A program made the position numbers and the translations under genes. This document shows, one piece after another, positions 11,871-25,419 of a stretch of DNA of 45,611 bases. This DNA is from Fimicolochytrium jonesii (lineage: Eukaryota): the NCBI RefSeq assembly GCF_025526975.1, contig NW_026515704.1, positions 248,001-293,611 on the forward strand, written 5' to 3'. The stretch's first letter is position 1. Each line of letters opens with the position of its first letter. The notes beneath the pieces were generated by a model. That model saw only the letters and a list, made by a program, of their open reading frames with translations, made no database searches and was not told where the DNA came from.

Positions 11871-12864
11871 CTTGGTGATGACGACTTGAAGGCAGCATCG
11901 CGTTGGACATTTTCAATTTAAAACCACGCGTAACCCTACCCTTGCTAACCCTAACCCGTAACGCTCGACGTTCCGTCGTCCCTCATATTCCGCCAACGCT
12001 CAGAAAAGCTGAGAAAACGCCTTCGATGCCTTCAATTTATAACCCATTGCCCGGCCTGTCATGTGTATGCATCGATAGAACAGTATGTCAAGTCGGTGCT
12101 CGGCAGCGACATCCGGTTCAATCAAAATATCGACCGTGAGCAGAACCGTGAGGTCGCATTAAGGCCTCAAGATTCGAGTCGGCTTGTCCCACGACAGCAC
12201 AAGGCTCAAGCCTGGGTTCTCGGCGCTCTCGCAGCTGTTGTGGGCTGGCTCTGGGAAACGGTAACGCCGGTACGTGATGCTTGGAAACAAACACCAATTG
12301 ATATCGCGCATTGCCCCTCAACTGTTTCATATCGCGGAAAGCGGCCGCAGCTGGGATGGGCTTTGTGATCCCCCCCAAATCGGCGTGGTGGGCCGCCAGC
12401 ATTCCATCCCCCCTTTTTGAACCACAACAGACCAGGGCCGCTAATCAACAAAATTGCTGATCGTCCCCATATTTGATTCCAAACAAGCACGGACTCCGCT
12501 TTGGTTGTTCCCGGCCCGTTTCACCTGCCGTTGCAGGTTCAAAATAGACGGACTCCCATCTCGAAGGCTCCTGCGGGCAGCACTATTGTTGCGTCGGGGG
12601 TTGTACTCGTCGCCAGCTGCCATATTACTTCTGCTCGACATTACGACCGACCAGCTTGTTCGGGATTTTGTACGCATTCTCGAGTCATCCGAACATCTTA
12701 CCTCCTGCAAGCGTTTTGGAGATTACTTCTGGACGGTTCAAGTGATTGGAAGTCGCTCTCGATTGGCCGGCCCATCGAACGACTGTATATACGACTGTAT
12801 CATACAAAACCGTCCTTAGACTTTCGGTGACTTCGTCTAGAGTGGCGCATTTCTTCCCGCCACA

Positions 12865-15800
12865 ATGTCCTACGACCAGCAATACGGGCGGGGCGCACCT
12901 TCGGCTCCTCCTCGCAGCTACACGCAGGGGACTTCTGGGTCGTCCAGTGCGGGTGGATACCGGAACAACCAGCAGTATGCTCAGCAACCGCCACGGCAGC
13001 AAATGCCGCAAGTTCCCGCGCGGAGCAACTCCCAGCCGTATCAAATGCAACCGAGCCCCCCGCCGCAAGCGCAATTTCCGTCTCCACGCCCTTACGGTGG
13101 GAGCGAGCGGTCATACACTGGTTCGGCTTCGGCTTCCGGCCGGAGTCAAGCAGGCTCTGCGCACCCTCTTAGCCCTCATGTGCCGCCGCAGGCCGGACCG
13201 GCCTACAATGGTGAGCTTCGTTTGGGGTAAGAACACTCTTGCCCTATGATTCTGATTACCTTATCGCCTGCACAGATCCTCGCGCATTCGGATCTCCCAA
13301 TGGGTTCCTCGGTCAGAACCCAAATGCTCCCGGCATGGGCGGCTATGCCCCGATCGACTATCTGCCACGTAAGAAAACCGTGCGCAAGATCCCACTGACT
13401 CCACAAGGAAACTTGGTGGTGGACATTCCCGTCTCGGACAAAGTGTTGAGCAATGGCAAACACCGCCAAGAGGAGGAGTTTTCCCACATGCGATACACTG
13501 CCGTGACCTGCACGGCAGATGAGTTTTCCACCAAGGGTTACAGCCTGCGTCAGCAAGAATACGGCCGTCACACGGAAATTTTTATCGTCGTTACCATGTA
13601 CAACGAGGATGATTTCCTTTTCTGCAAGTCCATGCAGGCGATTATGAAGAACATTGCCCACTTGTGCACTCGTTCCCGGTCCAAGACTTGGGGAAACGAG
13701 GGCTGGAAGAAGGTCGTGGTCTGCATTGTGTCGGATGGTCGTACAAAGGTCAACCGACGTGTGTTGGATGTGCTAGGTCTCATGGGAGTCTACCAGGATG
13801 GAGTCATGAAGGATCACGTCAACGAGAAGCCTGTCACGGCTCATTTGTTTGAGTACACCACGCAGGTTGCTGTGGATCCGCAGCTGAATATTAAGGGTTA
13901 CGACAAGGGTTTTGTGCCGGTCCAGATTCTGTTTTGCTTGAAGGAGAAGAACGCCAAGAAGGTAGGTCCCAGTGATTCAGCAGTTATGAACATCGGTGAC
14001 AATCAGCTAATCTCTTCAAACCCCTTTAGATCAACTCGCACAGGTGGTTCTTCAGCGCCTTCGGACCGCTCATCAAGCCCAACATCTGCATGCTTATCGA
14101 CGTCGGAACAAAGCCCCAGGAAACCTCTTTATACCACCTGTGGAAGGCATTCGACCGAAACCCCTCCGTGGCAGGGGCTTGCGGTGAAATCTACGCCGAG
14201 CTCGGCACCGGCTGCAGCAATCTTCTCAACCCCCTGGTCGCCGCGCAGAACTTCGAGTACAAGATGTCCAACATCCTCGACAAGCCTCTCGAATCCGTCT
14301 GCGGTTACATTTCGGTGCTTCCCGGAGCTTTCTCTGCATATCGGTACATTGCTCTTCAAGGCAAACCCTTGTCGCAGTACTTCAAGGGCGAGACGATGCA
14401 CGGCGGAGCTTCCGTGTCGACCGCCAACATGTACTTGGCGGAGGATCGTATCCTATGTTTTGAGCTCGTGACAAAAAAGGATCAGGCGTGGGTGCTGAAG
14501 TACGTCAAGTCGGCCAAGGCCGAAACGGACGTTCCCGACAATGTTCCCGAGTTTATCTCCCAACGTCGTCGTTGGTTGAACGGGAGTTTCTTTGCTGGTG
14601 TGCACGCGCTGCAGCATTGGTACCACATCTTCAAGAGTGGTCACAATATCGGACGCAAAATGCTGCTGTTGCTCGAGTTCCAGTACAATGCTATTATGAC
14701 CCTCTTCAACTGGTTCGGTTTGGTGAGTCATCGCTGTTCTGTTGATATGCTCAGGTTTCGACTGACGGCGGTTGTCGTTGGTTCTAACGCTCTTTTCCTA
14801 TGCAGTCATTCTTCTACCTCACCTTCTACTTCCTGGCGCAAACCACCCAACCCACCGAAACCACCTCCGGGCAGAAAAACTGTGACGGACTTTTCGGATG
14901 TTACGGGACCGACATCTTCGCTATCCTCCGCCAAGTCTACATCGCCGCCATCGTCACCTGCTTCATCTCAGCCATGGGCAACCGGCCACAAGGCTCACGT
15001 TGGATTTACATCGGATGCATGGTCCTGTTTGCTCTCATCATGGGCATCATGCTCTTCTTCTGTGGATACAGCGTCTACACTGCAGTGGATAGTGCATTCG
15101 CGTCACGCACTGTAAAGGGGTGGACTGACATCAAGGGGGTCCTGATGATTCCGCGATTGAGGGATATCGCCTTGTCGCTGGCCGCGACGTATGGCCTGTA
15201 CCTGATCTCCAGTTGCATGTTTTTGGAGCCGTGGCATCTGGTCACGTCGTTCTTGCAGTACCTTGCGCTTATGCCCAGTTTCATCAACATTCTGATGATC
15301 TATGCATGTAAGTCTTCCGGTCTTCGCCCCACTCGTTGAGTCTTTGGGGGAATGCTGACCGCCTTCTCTTATTCGTCAATAGTCGCCAACCTGCACGACG
15401 TGTCCTGGGGAACCAAAGGCGACAATTCCGCAGCCACAGATCTCGGCGCCGTAACCTCCTCCAAATCCAAAGACGGCACGCACGTGGTTTCCGTCGAGAT
15501 GCCCAGCGAACGCACCGACATCAACGCATCCTACGACAAGTTTCTCAAATCGCTCGCGCAGCCGCGGCCAGACGGCAAGCAGAAGCGTGACGCAAAGACG
15601 AAGCAGGAGGATCATTTTAAGCAGTACCGAACGAATTTACTGCTGTCGTGGATGTTTAGCAATGCGTTGGTTATTATCGTGTTGACTACGCCCGCGCTGG
15701 CGGGCAAGGTGATGACGGGGTTAGGCGTTACTCAGCGGCAGGAGGACTTCAACCCGTTTTTGAAGGTGAGATTTATCAACACTCTTCCTCCCTCGGCGAT

Positions 15801-15923
15801 CGAATCACTAAATATCCAATTTATCATCTTCATTAGTTCACATTCTACTCCGTCCTGGGCATCTCCTTCGTCCGCTTCTTGGGAGCAACGGCGTACCTGG
15901 TCAACCGCGCCATCTGCGGTTAA
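12865..15923 (+). CDS. CHS: Chitin synthase, division 1 (multi-exon)
   Basis: Motifs [74 protein letters not shown] and HDVSWGTKG. Stop TAA at 15921-15923. Confidence 0.96.
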
Positions 15924-16481
15924 AAGACCGGACACATTAGACGGCGTAAAAGGACAAACCCCAGCACCCTTTTGGGGACCAGTCATTGTAAATATAGAAC
16001 AAATCACCGGGACTCTTCCTCCGTTCCCTCGTCTGTTTCCCGGTTTTGCTGAGGCTAGAGCGATATACAGTACCCCTCTGTGACACTTTGAACACTTTTG
16101 TTTTATGTTCGGGTTTTGCTTGATAGACTTCTCCCTTTTTTGCTGTCACGTTTTTCTGTATGTATATAAGTAACTAAACACTGTCAGCGGTAAAGAGGAA
16201 AGAGGTAAACCATCCGTCGAGCGGTGTACTTCTTCTTCACCTTCCATTCTGAGCTTCTCTCAGTCCTCTACCGCCTCGTCGGCCCTCTTGAAAAGTATCG
16301 GTCGTTTGTCGACCATCATCCGTTAGAAGTACTGATTATAGGATATTGATTCATGAAGGATGGAAGAACGGCACAAAAATGGGTTTCACTGCATACCAAA
16401 AGGATTACGCCGCAATCGAGGAGTCTAGTCTAAGGCGCTCTACACTTGCTATTACCAAAACGGAAGCCCGAATATCCTATG

Positions 16482-17216
16482 CTACAAGACGACGAGGAAC
16501 CCAAGACCAGCCAGTACAGCTCCCAGCAGACCCGACGAAGCACGCAAGCTGTCCACCGCACCTGCCGTAACGATCTTTGCATCCGGCGGCGGCGGTAACA
16601 ACGTCCACGTCGGCATCGCCGGTCCCCCAGCCCCTCCTCCACCAGTCGTCGTATTAGGTTTCGGCACCGCGGAAGGATCAATAGCCGAGCAAGTCCTATT
16701 AACCGCAAACGGCGTAACAACATCCCCAACAGTGAAGTTCTTAACCGCATCACTCCCATCCTTCCCATACGCCCCACTCCACCCCGTCGCCGCGTAAAAG
16801 TACAGCGTGACCGGCCTCGTCCAGCATTTCTCCTGCGTCACGTTCCGCAGCTGATATAACCCGTTCGTCAGCGGTGGTAGAGTGCTGGCCGCGCCCGTCG
16901 TGTCCAGTAGTTTGACGTAGTTCACATTTCCGCTGTCGGGAGTCAGGCATTCCGTTCCTGTTGGCGCCACCGGGGAGTATCCGAGGGCGAGGATGGCGGG
17001 GGCGACGCTGACGGCGAGGGTGAGGGAGCTGTTGAGGGGGACGGTGTAGGTGAAGACTGAGCACGAGAGGGCGGGGATGGTGTAGGTTGTGTTGGGGGTT
17101 AAGGCTTTGGGGGCGGGGATTGGGTCGAAGGCGTGGACGGGCTGGTGGCTGAAGAGGGTGAGGGCGGTGAGGGCTGTGAGGAGGAGACCTCCGGATTGCG
17201 AGCGCTTTGAAGTCAT
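16482..17216 (-). CDS. Secreted, probably GPI-anchored protein of unknown function
   Basis: ATG 17216 with a signal peptide (LLLTALTALTLFSHQPVHA), a Cys-containing Thr-rich body, a Gly/Pro linker and a hydrophobic C-terminus (GLLGAVLAGLGFLVVL). Confidence 0.7.
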   Translation of the reverse strand: MTSKRSQSGGLLLTALTALTLFSHQPVHAFDPIPAPKALTPNTTYTIPALSCSVFTYTVPLNSSLTLAVSVAPAILALGYSPVAPTGTECLTPDSGNVNYVKLLDTTGAASTLPPLTNGLYQLRNVTQEKCWTRPVTLYFYAATGWSGAYGKDGSDAVKNFTVGDVVTPFAVNRTCSAIDPSAVPKPNTTTGGGGAGGPAMPTWTLLPPPPDAKIVTAGAVDSLRASSGLLGAVLAGLGFLVVL

Positions 17217-17788
17217 TGCGAGCGCTTGGAGGGAGTGCCGGAGTGTAGCCGTGGGACGACGGTAAGCTGTCGGTGCGAGCGAGAGGTCGTCGTCTCGTCT
17301 TTGTATCGGGAAGTTCCACACCAGCGAAGAAGTCGAACGGCGCAAAACAGCGGGAACTGGACAGCAACATTTTGAACCAGACCGTGACTGCGCCACTTGC
17401 CGCACGGACAGGGGAAACGTCAACAGCTGGGGCACACTCCTCATCCGCCCAACACACCCTTTGGCACCATCACAAGCGGCAGCACGACAAAAGAGCCAGT
17501 CGCATGGCGAAGATCAGAAGGAGAAATTTGAGGTATGGACGCTCAGAAGGCTACAGGTTGGACGTGTGGGTAGCGATGGAGCGGACAGATACCAGGGACA
17601 CGTAAACGAACAGACTGGATGGCGCACTAGGTCATCCTTGGAACCAACGGGCTGGGCTGACTGACATCTTGCACCAGGCTGTAGTGTTCCGCCATATGAT
17701 CGTCGGTTTGCTGAATAGACCGCCGACACTATCAATACTCCGACGCAGCAAATCAATTCAAGTTCGAGGACCTCGTACTTACATCACA

Positions 17789-19226
17789 ATGTCAGCAAGT
17801 AAGGCTGACCCACACTCTTCTTACATTGCCCACTCCTTGCAGCTCTTTCTCACGCTGGTGTTCGATTTTCGAAATATAGGTCTTGCACACGAACGGAAGG
17901 TCGCAATCGACGCGGTGCTCCGCGCGTCGAAGCTTTGTCAAACGGTGTTCCACAATCTGGTGTCGACGCAGGCGATTAGCAAGCAGGATAAGAGCCCTGT
18001 AACGAGTAAGAGCTGCTACGGCATGCTTTCCCTACCGTGCGGCGGAAATCTGATGCGTATATCATGCATGATCTTCAGTCGCAGACTTTGGAGCACAAGC
18101 AGTGGTCAACTCCATCCTTCACGCCGCGTTCCCAAACGATCCTATAGTCGGTGAGGAAGATTCGGCGGAGCTCAAGAAGAACGAGGACGTCAAACGGAAG
18201 GTGGTGGAGTTAGCGAACTCGGTGGTAGATCGGAAACTTTCTGATGAAGAGGTAGGAAGGCGGCTTTGGTGTACTGGAAAGGTGGAGATGCGTTTATCTG
18301 ACCTGTCCGTCGAATGAAGGTCATAACCGCGATCGATCTGGGCACGTACGCGGGAGGAGCCAAGGGGCGATTCTGGACATTAGATCCGATAGACGGCACA
18401 AAAGGTTTCCTGAGAGGCGAACAGTTCGCAGTGTGTCTGGCGTTGATTGAGGATGGTGACGTGAAGCTTGGGGTCATGGGCAGCCCCAATCTGCCCGTCG
18501 ACTTGTCGAACCCCGATGGAGAGCGCGGTTGTCTCTTCACGGCAGTGAAAGGCGAGGGTGCCTTCCAAGTAAGCAATCGCGTCGTGTACATTCCCTTCCG
18601 TCCCCTTTTTCCGAGCTGATTCCTGACGCCCCATTTGCAGAGCACATTCACATCACCAGAAGCCTTCACACGCATCCACGTCTCCACAGCCAGCACTGCC
18701 TCCGCCACAACCTTTTGCGAGTCCGTCGAAGCTGCACACGCGTCGCACGGTGACGCTATCGACATTGCGAGGAAGCTGGGCATCACGAAGCCGTCGACGC
18801 GGATGGATAGTCAGTGCAAGTATGGCGTTATTGCGAGAGGGGATGCGGGGATTTATCTGAGGTTACCGGCCAATAAGGAGTATGTCGAGAATATCTGGGT
18901 AAGTTGCGGATTCTGCTTGTGCACTGTGAGAGCAAAGCCCTGCCTTGGACGTGGACTGGGCTCGTCATCTGTTGTTTTAAGGGATATGCACTTCCCTAAA
19001 CATGAACTAACGTAATCTCTCCTGAACACCTAACCAGGACCACGCCGGCGGCTCCCTCCTCGTACACGAAGCGGGCGGCAAAGTCTCCGACGCCCACGGC
19101 AAGCCGCTGGATTTCTCACAAGGGCGTAATCTGATACGTAACAAGGGTGTTGTGGCGACGAACGGCAGGATACATGATGAAGTAATGGCCGTGGTCGGTG
19201 AAGTGCTGGGGGCGAAGAAGCAGTAA
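17789..19226 (+). CDS. MET22: 3'(2'),5'-bisphosphate nucleotidase (multi-exon)
   Basis: Motifs KQDKSPVT, FPNDPIVGEEDS, FWTLDPIDGTKGFLRGEQFAVCLAL, FCESVE, RMDSQCKY and IW|DHAGG...EAGG. Confidence 0.94.
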
Positions 19227-20049
19227 GGCGAATTTTTCTGTGCAGGGAGATCACAGCGGAAGGCTGCTGATAGATAGATATGCTCTTGGAAATATGATCT
19301 AGGGCTAGATTATGATTTTAGCAAAGGAAAGCCGTATTGGGAGAAAGGCTAGTCTTGACGCAGGACGGGCGTCAAAGGAAGTGGCAAGGTAAAAGATGTA
19401 TCGTATGAGCGCCGGCCGCTTAGAACACTCAGGACACTCAGAACTCTGAGCTTAATGGTCTGAGATACTATGATAGTTGGTTGAGTAGGTGCTGTAGTTA
19501 GGGTTGAGAGAATTGTGAGAAGACTCGCTTTTCCTTGAGCTGACTTTATATTGGCGGCCGCCAACCGGGATAGGAACCACATCCAACTAGCCCATTGGCG
19601 GGGCTGGGGTTGTGCTCGTTGATAGAAAGTCCTACAAGCTACCCTTACCGCTGGTCATCTCAATTGCGCTGCTCTACGCACTGATCGGAGACCGGGTGTG
19701 GGGAGAAGTCTGTTCGCTGTTGCTGTGGGATTGTTGAAATGATTGCGGTGAAGGAAGAACACGAAAGCTTGGAAAGCTCAAGACTGCCACGCGCTTTCCT
19801 CGCCGCAGGATCTTCATCGACTTCAGTCAATTCACAGCAACTCACCGCCGGGCGTCCCGACACATCCCAAAGCCGGATAGTCGCTTAAAAAGCAATCTTC
19901 CGTCCACGAAACGTAAGTGTGCTCTGTCCGCGGATACCGACGGTGCATCGTAATGGCCCCTACGGCGCGACTGACCGACCGACCCTCCTTCGCCTTTGCA
20001 CATGCAGGCCCACTCCCGCCGCCTTATCGACACACACGCTAGTATCACA

Positions 20050-20925
20050 ATGGTAGCAAGACCTCACCTCACGGTAAGCAGAACAATGGCTCTGAAAACT
20101 TCACCTATCTAGTCTGTCTCTAATTCCGGTCAATACACCTGTTTGCAGACCTTGTACACGACGAAAGCGGTCATCATCCTGGACAGCGAAGGCAAACGCA
20201 TCTTGGCCAAATACTACCAGGCTGAATACCCAACACTGAAGGAGCAGCGGGTGTTTGAAAAGTCGTTGTTCGATAAGACGAAGAAGACTAATAGTTACGT
20301 ATGGCGGGGTGGCATACTGCTGGAGGGCTGGAACTCGGCGCGGGGAACGATATCCCTGCTTCTGCTAACACTGGTTTCTACTTGTGATTGTCATCACACA
20401 CAGGCGAGATCATTCTCTTCGACAACCAGATCGTCGTCTACAAGAACTCTATCGACTTGCTCATCTATGTACTGGGGTCAGCAGAGGAGAACGAGCTGAT
20501 ATTAAGCCATTTGCTGAACTCGTTCTACGAGACGCTGTCTATCCTACTCAAGTAAGGAACCTTTATGAAAAGATGGTCCGCGAGAGGTGGGAGTGGTTGT
20601 TAACCATCGTGCTTCATTCACTTGTGTACAAGCAGGGGCTTAGTCGAAAAGCGGACTATCCTGGAAAACTACGATCTCGTCGCGCTAGCACTGGATGAGA
20701 CTGTTGACGGCGGGTCGGTTTCCCATCATGTCACTACTCCTGGCCGTGTGAACATGCACTCATCCATAGCTTCTTTTACCTTCACTTGTCAGAATAATAC
20801 TGGAATCAGAACCAAGCATCACAGCCTCAAGGGTAACAAAGAAGAACGAGACGGAAGCGGAGCCCTCGTTGTCGCAGATGTTCCAGAAGGCTCAGGAGCA
20901 GGTCGCTAGGTCGTTGTTGCATTAG
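20050..20925 (+). CDS. RET3: Coatomer subunit zeta (multi-exon)
   Basis: Motifs LYTTKAVIILDSEGKRILAKYY, FEKSLFDKT, EENELIL and VEKRTILENYDLVALALDETVDGG. The protein ends QVARSLLH*. Confidence 0.93.
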
Positions 20926-21416
20926 GGGAGGGGCTGTTTTTGGAGAGGTGTGGGGCTGCATGATGTACATTATCGTTGGGTGCGACGACCTGGATGCATC
21001 GATAACTCTGTATGGCGATAGAATGAAGAGGGACATGTTTCCAGGGCATACGCTTGAAGCCCATCCTCTGCAATGATTGGTGGAACCGAAACAGAGCGCT
21101 GAGTGAATACAGTCTCGATATGAACATGAAAGCATGAACATCAACCCACACAGGTTTGTTGTGGTGTTGGGCAATAGCTCATGACGCTGGCGATGCATGT
21201 GCAAAGAAACGCGTAGTCTCGCGCGTCTTGCTGCTCATAATGGAAGGAAACGCGTCAGTTTCGCTCTCGTCTCTTTTCTGTCGTCCTGCGGTTCTGGGTT
21301 GAACTCAGGTCTAGATAGACATACAATTATACATATACAGGCGGACTCGTCCTGTCTTCCATCTTTCTCCGGTCTTGGCTCAAGTAGTCAATTGTTGAGA
21401 ATCGCTTTTTCAAAGC

Positions 21417-24400
21417 ATGGCAGCCTACGCAAGACCCGAGTCCGCCCTTTCCAACAACGATGGAGACGGCTTCAGATACGTCGAGTCTCACTCGTAAGTG
21501 ATAAGCTCCCGAATGCTTCTTGCAATCGCTTCATTTCCTCTAGCCGAGCAGAGAGAATCCACGATTAATGCGCTCCTGTCTCTCCATAAAAGCACCCAAG
21601 ACCAACTCTCCTTTGACGCCGACCTCTCCAAAGTAACCGTCAACGATGTGTCCAAGCTAATGCCGCAGGCCGCCGAGAGCGCGCTCGGCACTTCCCGCGA
21701 CTACCCGCTCTCAGGACCGCGCAAAGTCGGGTGGGCGGCAGATATTGTAGAAGGGAGGAAAGGGATTGGATCGAGACCGCCGTCGCGGGCAAAGACGGCT
21801 ACCCCGACGGGCGCCGCACAGCGGATATTGTATCCGGGGGATAAGACGAGGCCGAGGGTGTTGGTGGATATGCTGCAGTATTTGAAGACGGAGATCAGGG
21901 AGTTGGGGGCGGAGAGGTATGATGGCCGATGTCAACGCAGTTTTTGGCCTGCGCGGACTCAATTCGTCAAGCGTTGATGGCCGTCCTCATCGTCATTCTT
22001 CATCGGTGCTGGTAGTGCGGCGCCCGGGGATCCCAGAAGGCTGCAAGTCTACGGCGAGGTGTTCGGTAGGTGTCCTGTCCAGTGGCTCATCAAACGTGAG
22101 GCTACCGATACTCACTAACACTTCTACGCCTCTAGAACGCTTCATCGAGGAGTTCACAACCTACCAGCCCTTACTGAGCAACGTCAAGCTCGAATACGAC
22201 ATGGCTCTCCAACGACAACAGTCTCTTGCGGACAAGGTGCAGCCGCTGGAAAGCCAGTTGGCTGTGCAGCAGTACATGGCTACGCGCGAGCTTGAGGCGG
22301 CAAGGGCGGAAGGGCAGCGGCAACTTGAGGCGCAATTGTAAGCGATTGATTATGAACGGCTTTGCCTCTCTACGTAAGGTTGACTCGTGTTGACCTTTTT
22401 GGCGCTTTATAGGCAAGCGAACCACGATCTGCATCGCAAATGCGTATTCCTCGACTCACAACTCGAAAGCCTGCGACATCAGCACGACAAACTCAGTGAG
22501 GAGGTGCGACGGCGAGATGCCCGCAGCGAAGTGCGTAGGACGGGCGCCTCATTGATCATCGTTGCTGTATGCAAAAGGTGACGCCAGCAAGACTGACGCT
22601 CAGCCCTCAGTATAGGAATACATATCCATTAAAATCGCCGAGATGCGCGAGGAGATGCAGACTCTGGATCGACAACGGCAGGAAGAGCTAAGGGTTAAGG
22701 AGACACGGTGTGCGGAACTGACCAGGGCTTTGAGAAAAGGTACCTGGGAAGAGCGCGACAAGAGACGACTGTACAAGAGGGTGTAGGACTGTTGCTGATG
22801 AGAGCTCGCAGCACAGGAAGATGGACAGAAAGCGACAAAAGCCCTAGAGGCGCTCCAAATCACACAACTGGGTTCCGTCACGCAGGCCGTGCATGGGGCT
22901 GTCATCAAACAGCGTGACAAAGCGCTCGAAGACTGCGATGCTGTCCGGTTGGAGTTGGGTCGCAAGGTGAGTTCCACGTCGATGCACGTCATCCATTGTA
23001 CATGTCGCTGATTGTTCGCTTCATGCAGGACATCCAAATGGGCGGCCTGCGAGATGAGATCACGAAGCTGCAGCAGACGCTGAAACGGAAGGAGGAGGAC
23101 AAGGTGAGATTCCAGCCGGGAAAAACACATCTCTAAAGCAGTGACGCTCAAATCCTTCTCTCCCCAACAGTATCCCGACTGGCAGTACATCGAATCAATG
23201 TGTCCCGCCGGCATCCGTCAGTACGAGCTTACCTGCAAGGACAAGGACTACAATGATTCGATCATACTTTTGATACGGGAGATACTTAGAGTGAGCGGAG
23301 CCCTTTCACCATTCGCAAGAGCAAGGACATTGCAACTAATGGACTTCTATTCGCCTGCAGTTGAAGTCGTCACAACCTGCAGCAAGGGTTGCGGATTCCG
23401 GGCAGATGGGGTGAGTTGTTACGACGGTCTTTGCCCCGTGCATACTACTCGAATCCATTACTGAGCGACATGGCGGCCAACTACTCACTATCATTCGACG
23501 AGATCAGATTTACAGAGACGGAACCCCGCTTCTTCGTCGGACTCGGCCTAAACGCATCCGTGCCCAAACACCTGCGGTAAGATCCCCGACAGTCTCCATC
23601 TTCCATGATGGAACCTCATCCGCTATGAGCTTTATACCCTGGCGGAAAACAAAAAACTCAATCACGCTTGGCATTTCCTCGTAGGTACAAAGGCAAGATC
23701 CGCAACCGCCAACTCTCCCGCAAAAACCTCTGCCTCCTCCTCCGCGACGTCTGGACCGCCAAAGCCGTGTACGATGCCACCAACGCCGCCAAATCAAAGC
23801 GTGGGGCCGTGCGGTCTACGGTAACGTTCAAACCTCCGCATGTCACATGCCCGCTGAAACCCTCCGAACTCACACATCCCGACTCTGCAGCTGGCAGATT
23901 TCCTGTACGCGTACCTAAAGAAACGGTTCGGATCGCAAGATATCGTCGCCGAGTTTGGGTATAACATCCATGAAGCGTGTAAGAAGCATCGGTTCCAGAG
24001 TGTTGAGTGTTTGTTGTTCTACGATATCCTTACAGGTATGCCATATTGTGACCAAACGTTGTCATCGAGCCCTCGGTGTGGAACCCAACGGATCGACATC
24101 CCATACCATATTCATCACTTTCCCACATCCTCCTACTCCCACAACCCACAGAACAACTGAACGAAGACGTGCACCACCACCAAACGCGGCAAATGGAGCG
24201 GCTCAAGAACCACTTCTACCGCCACGACGTCGACCTGCACGAAGGCAAAGCGAGGGGTATCGTGCCCAAGGAGAACGCTATCGAGGGACTGAGGAGTTAT
24301 TGGCCGGAGAAGACGCAGAAGCAGCTGGAGCAGTTGCGGCACGTGAGTGGCGAGCGGAGGGATTCCTGGAGCGGCGAAATCAGGGTGTCCGTTTGAGATC

Positions 24401-25235
24401 CCCCTAAATGCCAGTTGCGGTTCACTTTAGGCTATGGACGCTGACCAGCCTGGGCCGAACCTGACGTATCGGTGGTTGTTCCAGACGGATTCTGATTGCA
24501 TGTTTCTGGTAAGGGATCGCCTCGCCGTGGGTTCTTCTCTGTCCTGACGGACGGTCTCTGTCCCTTCTCCAACCATTCGAGCAAGAATCCGTGCTAGGGC
24601 ATCTTTTCTCATTTTGCATACACAAATTACATACGCACAGGACATCGTACAAGAGCAAGAGATGGAAATGCGCGAGATCTACATCGCGGGCCTAACGGTA
24701 AGGAATCGAAGGAAAGGCCTTAAGGCGAAGTAAGGCGAAGAACAGACGTCGAAACTCGACCATCTACCCTGCCTGTTCCCTCCCTACCGTTGCGCCGATC
24801 CTCACCAACGACCTCCACTAACACCGCTCGTTCCCCGACTCCCATCCCTCCCAGAACCACCTCTGCTCAACAATGCGCTCCGAGCCCTGGCGGAACCGCG
24901 CACCCTCCCCCACTAAGGCACTAACACCCGCAACTGACAAGTTCCGCCTCACAGCCGCAGATTACCAGCGCGGGATATCGCGATTCGATCCGAGTAAACC
25001 CAAAGCGGATGTAGATCGGTTGGTGTCGCGCGGGTTTGGGAATGCGGATGAGGGAGTAGAGGTGAAAAGTAGGGCGGTGATTGATGTTGAGGCGTTTTTG
25101 AAGGTAAGTGGTGGGATGGAGCTGCTGTGTGGCGAGGGTTTTGAGGGTGGGTGGAGCTGGTGCTAATGCTGTTACTGGTGGGATTTCGAACAGAATGTGA
25201 CGCGAGGGGTGATATGCAAAGGCCCGCTGGAGTGA
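21417..25235 (+). CDS. TSNAXIP1: Translin-associated factor X-interacting protein 1-like (flagellar/ciliary coiled-coil protein, many exons)
   Basis: RPRVLVDMLQYLKTEIRELG...RLQVYGEVF|ERFIEEFTTYQPLLSNVKLEYD followed by coiled coil, then FFVGLGLNASVPKHLR|YKGKIRNRQLSRKNLCLLLRDVW. Internal exon boundaries are approximate. Confidence 0.8.
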
Positions 25236-25419
25236 AGCGGGAGAAACGGTGTACGTGCAAGGTTTTGGTGTTGATCTGACATAAGCGTTCACGACTGTGA
25301 CATGTATATTTGTGCTGTTGAACGCAAAGTGCGTAAGGATGGACGTTCGAGGACTGTTGAGTAGAGCTCCTTTCATACACTCTAAGTCATCTACCGCACC
25401 TTTCGATGACTCCCCCCCG

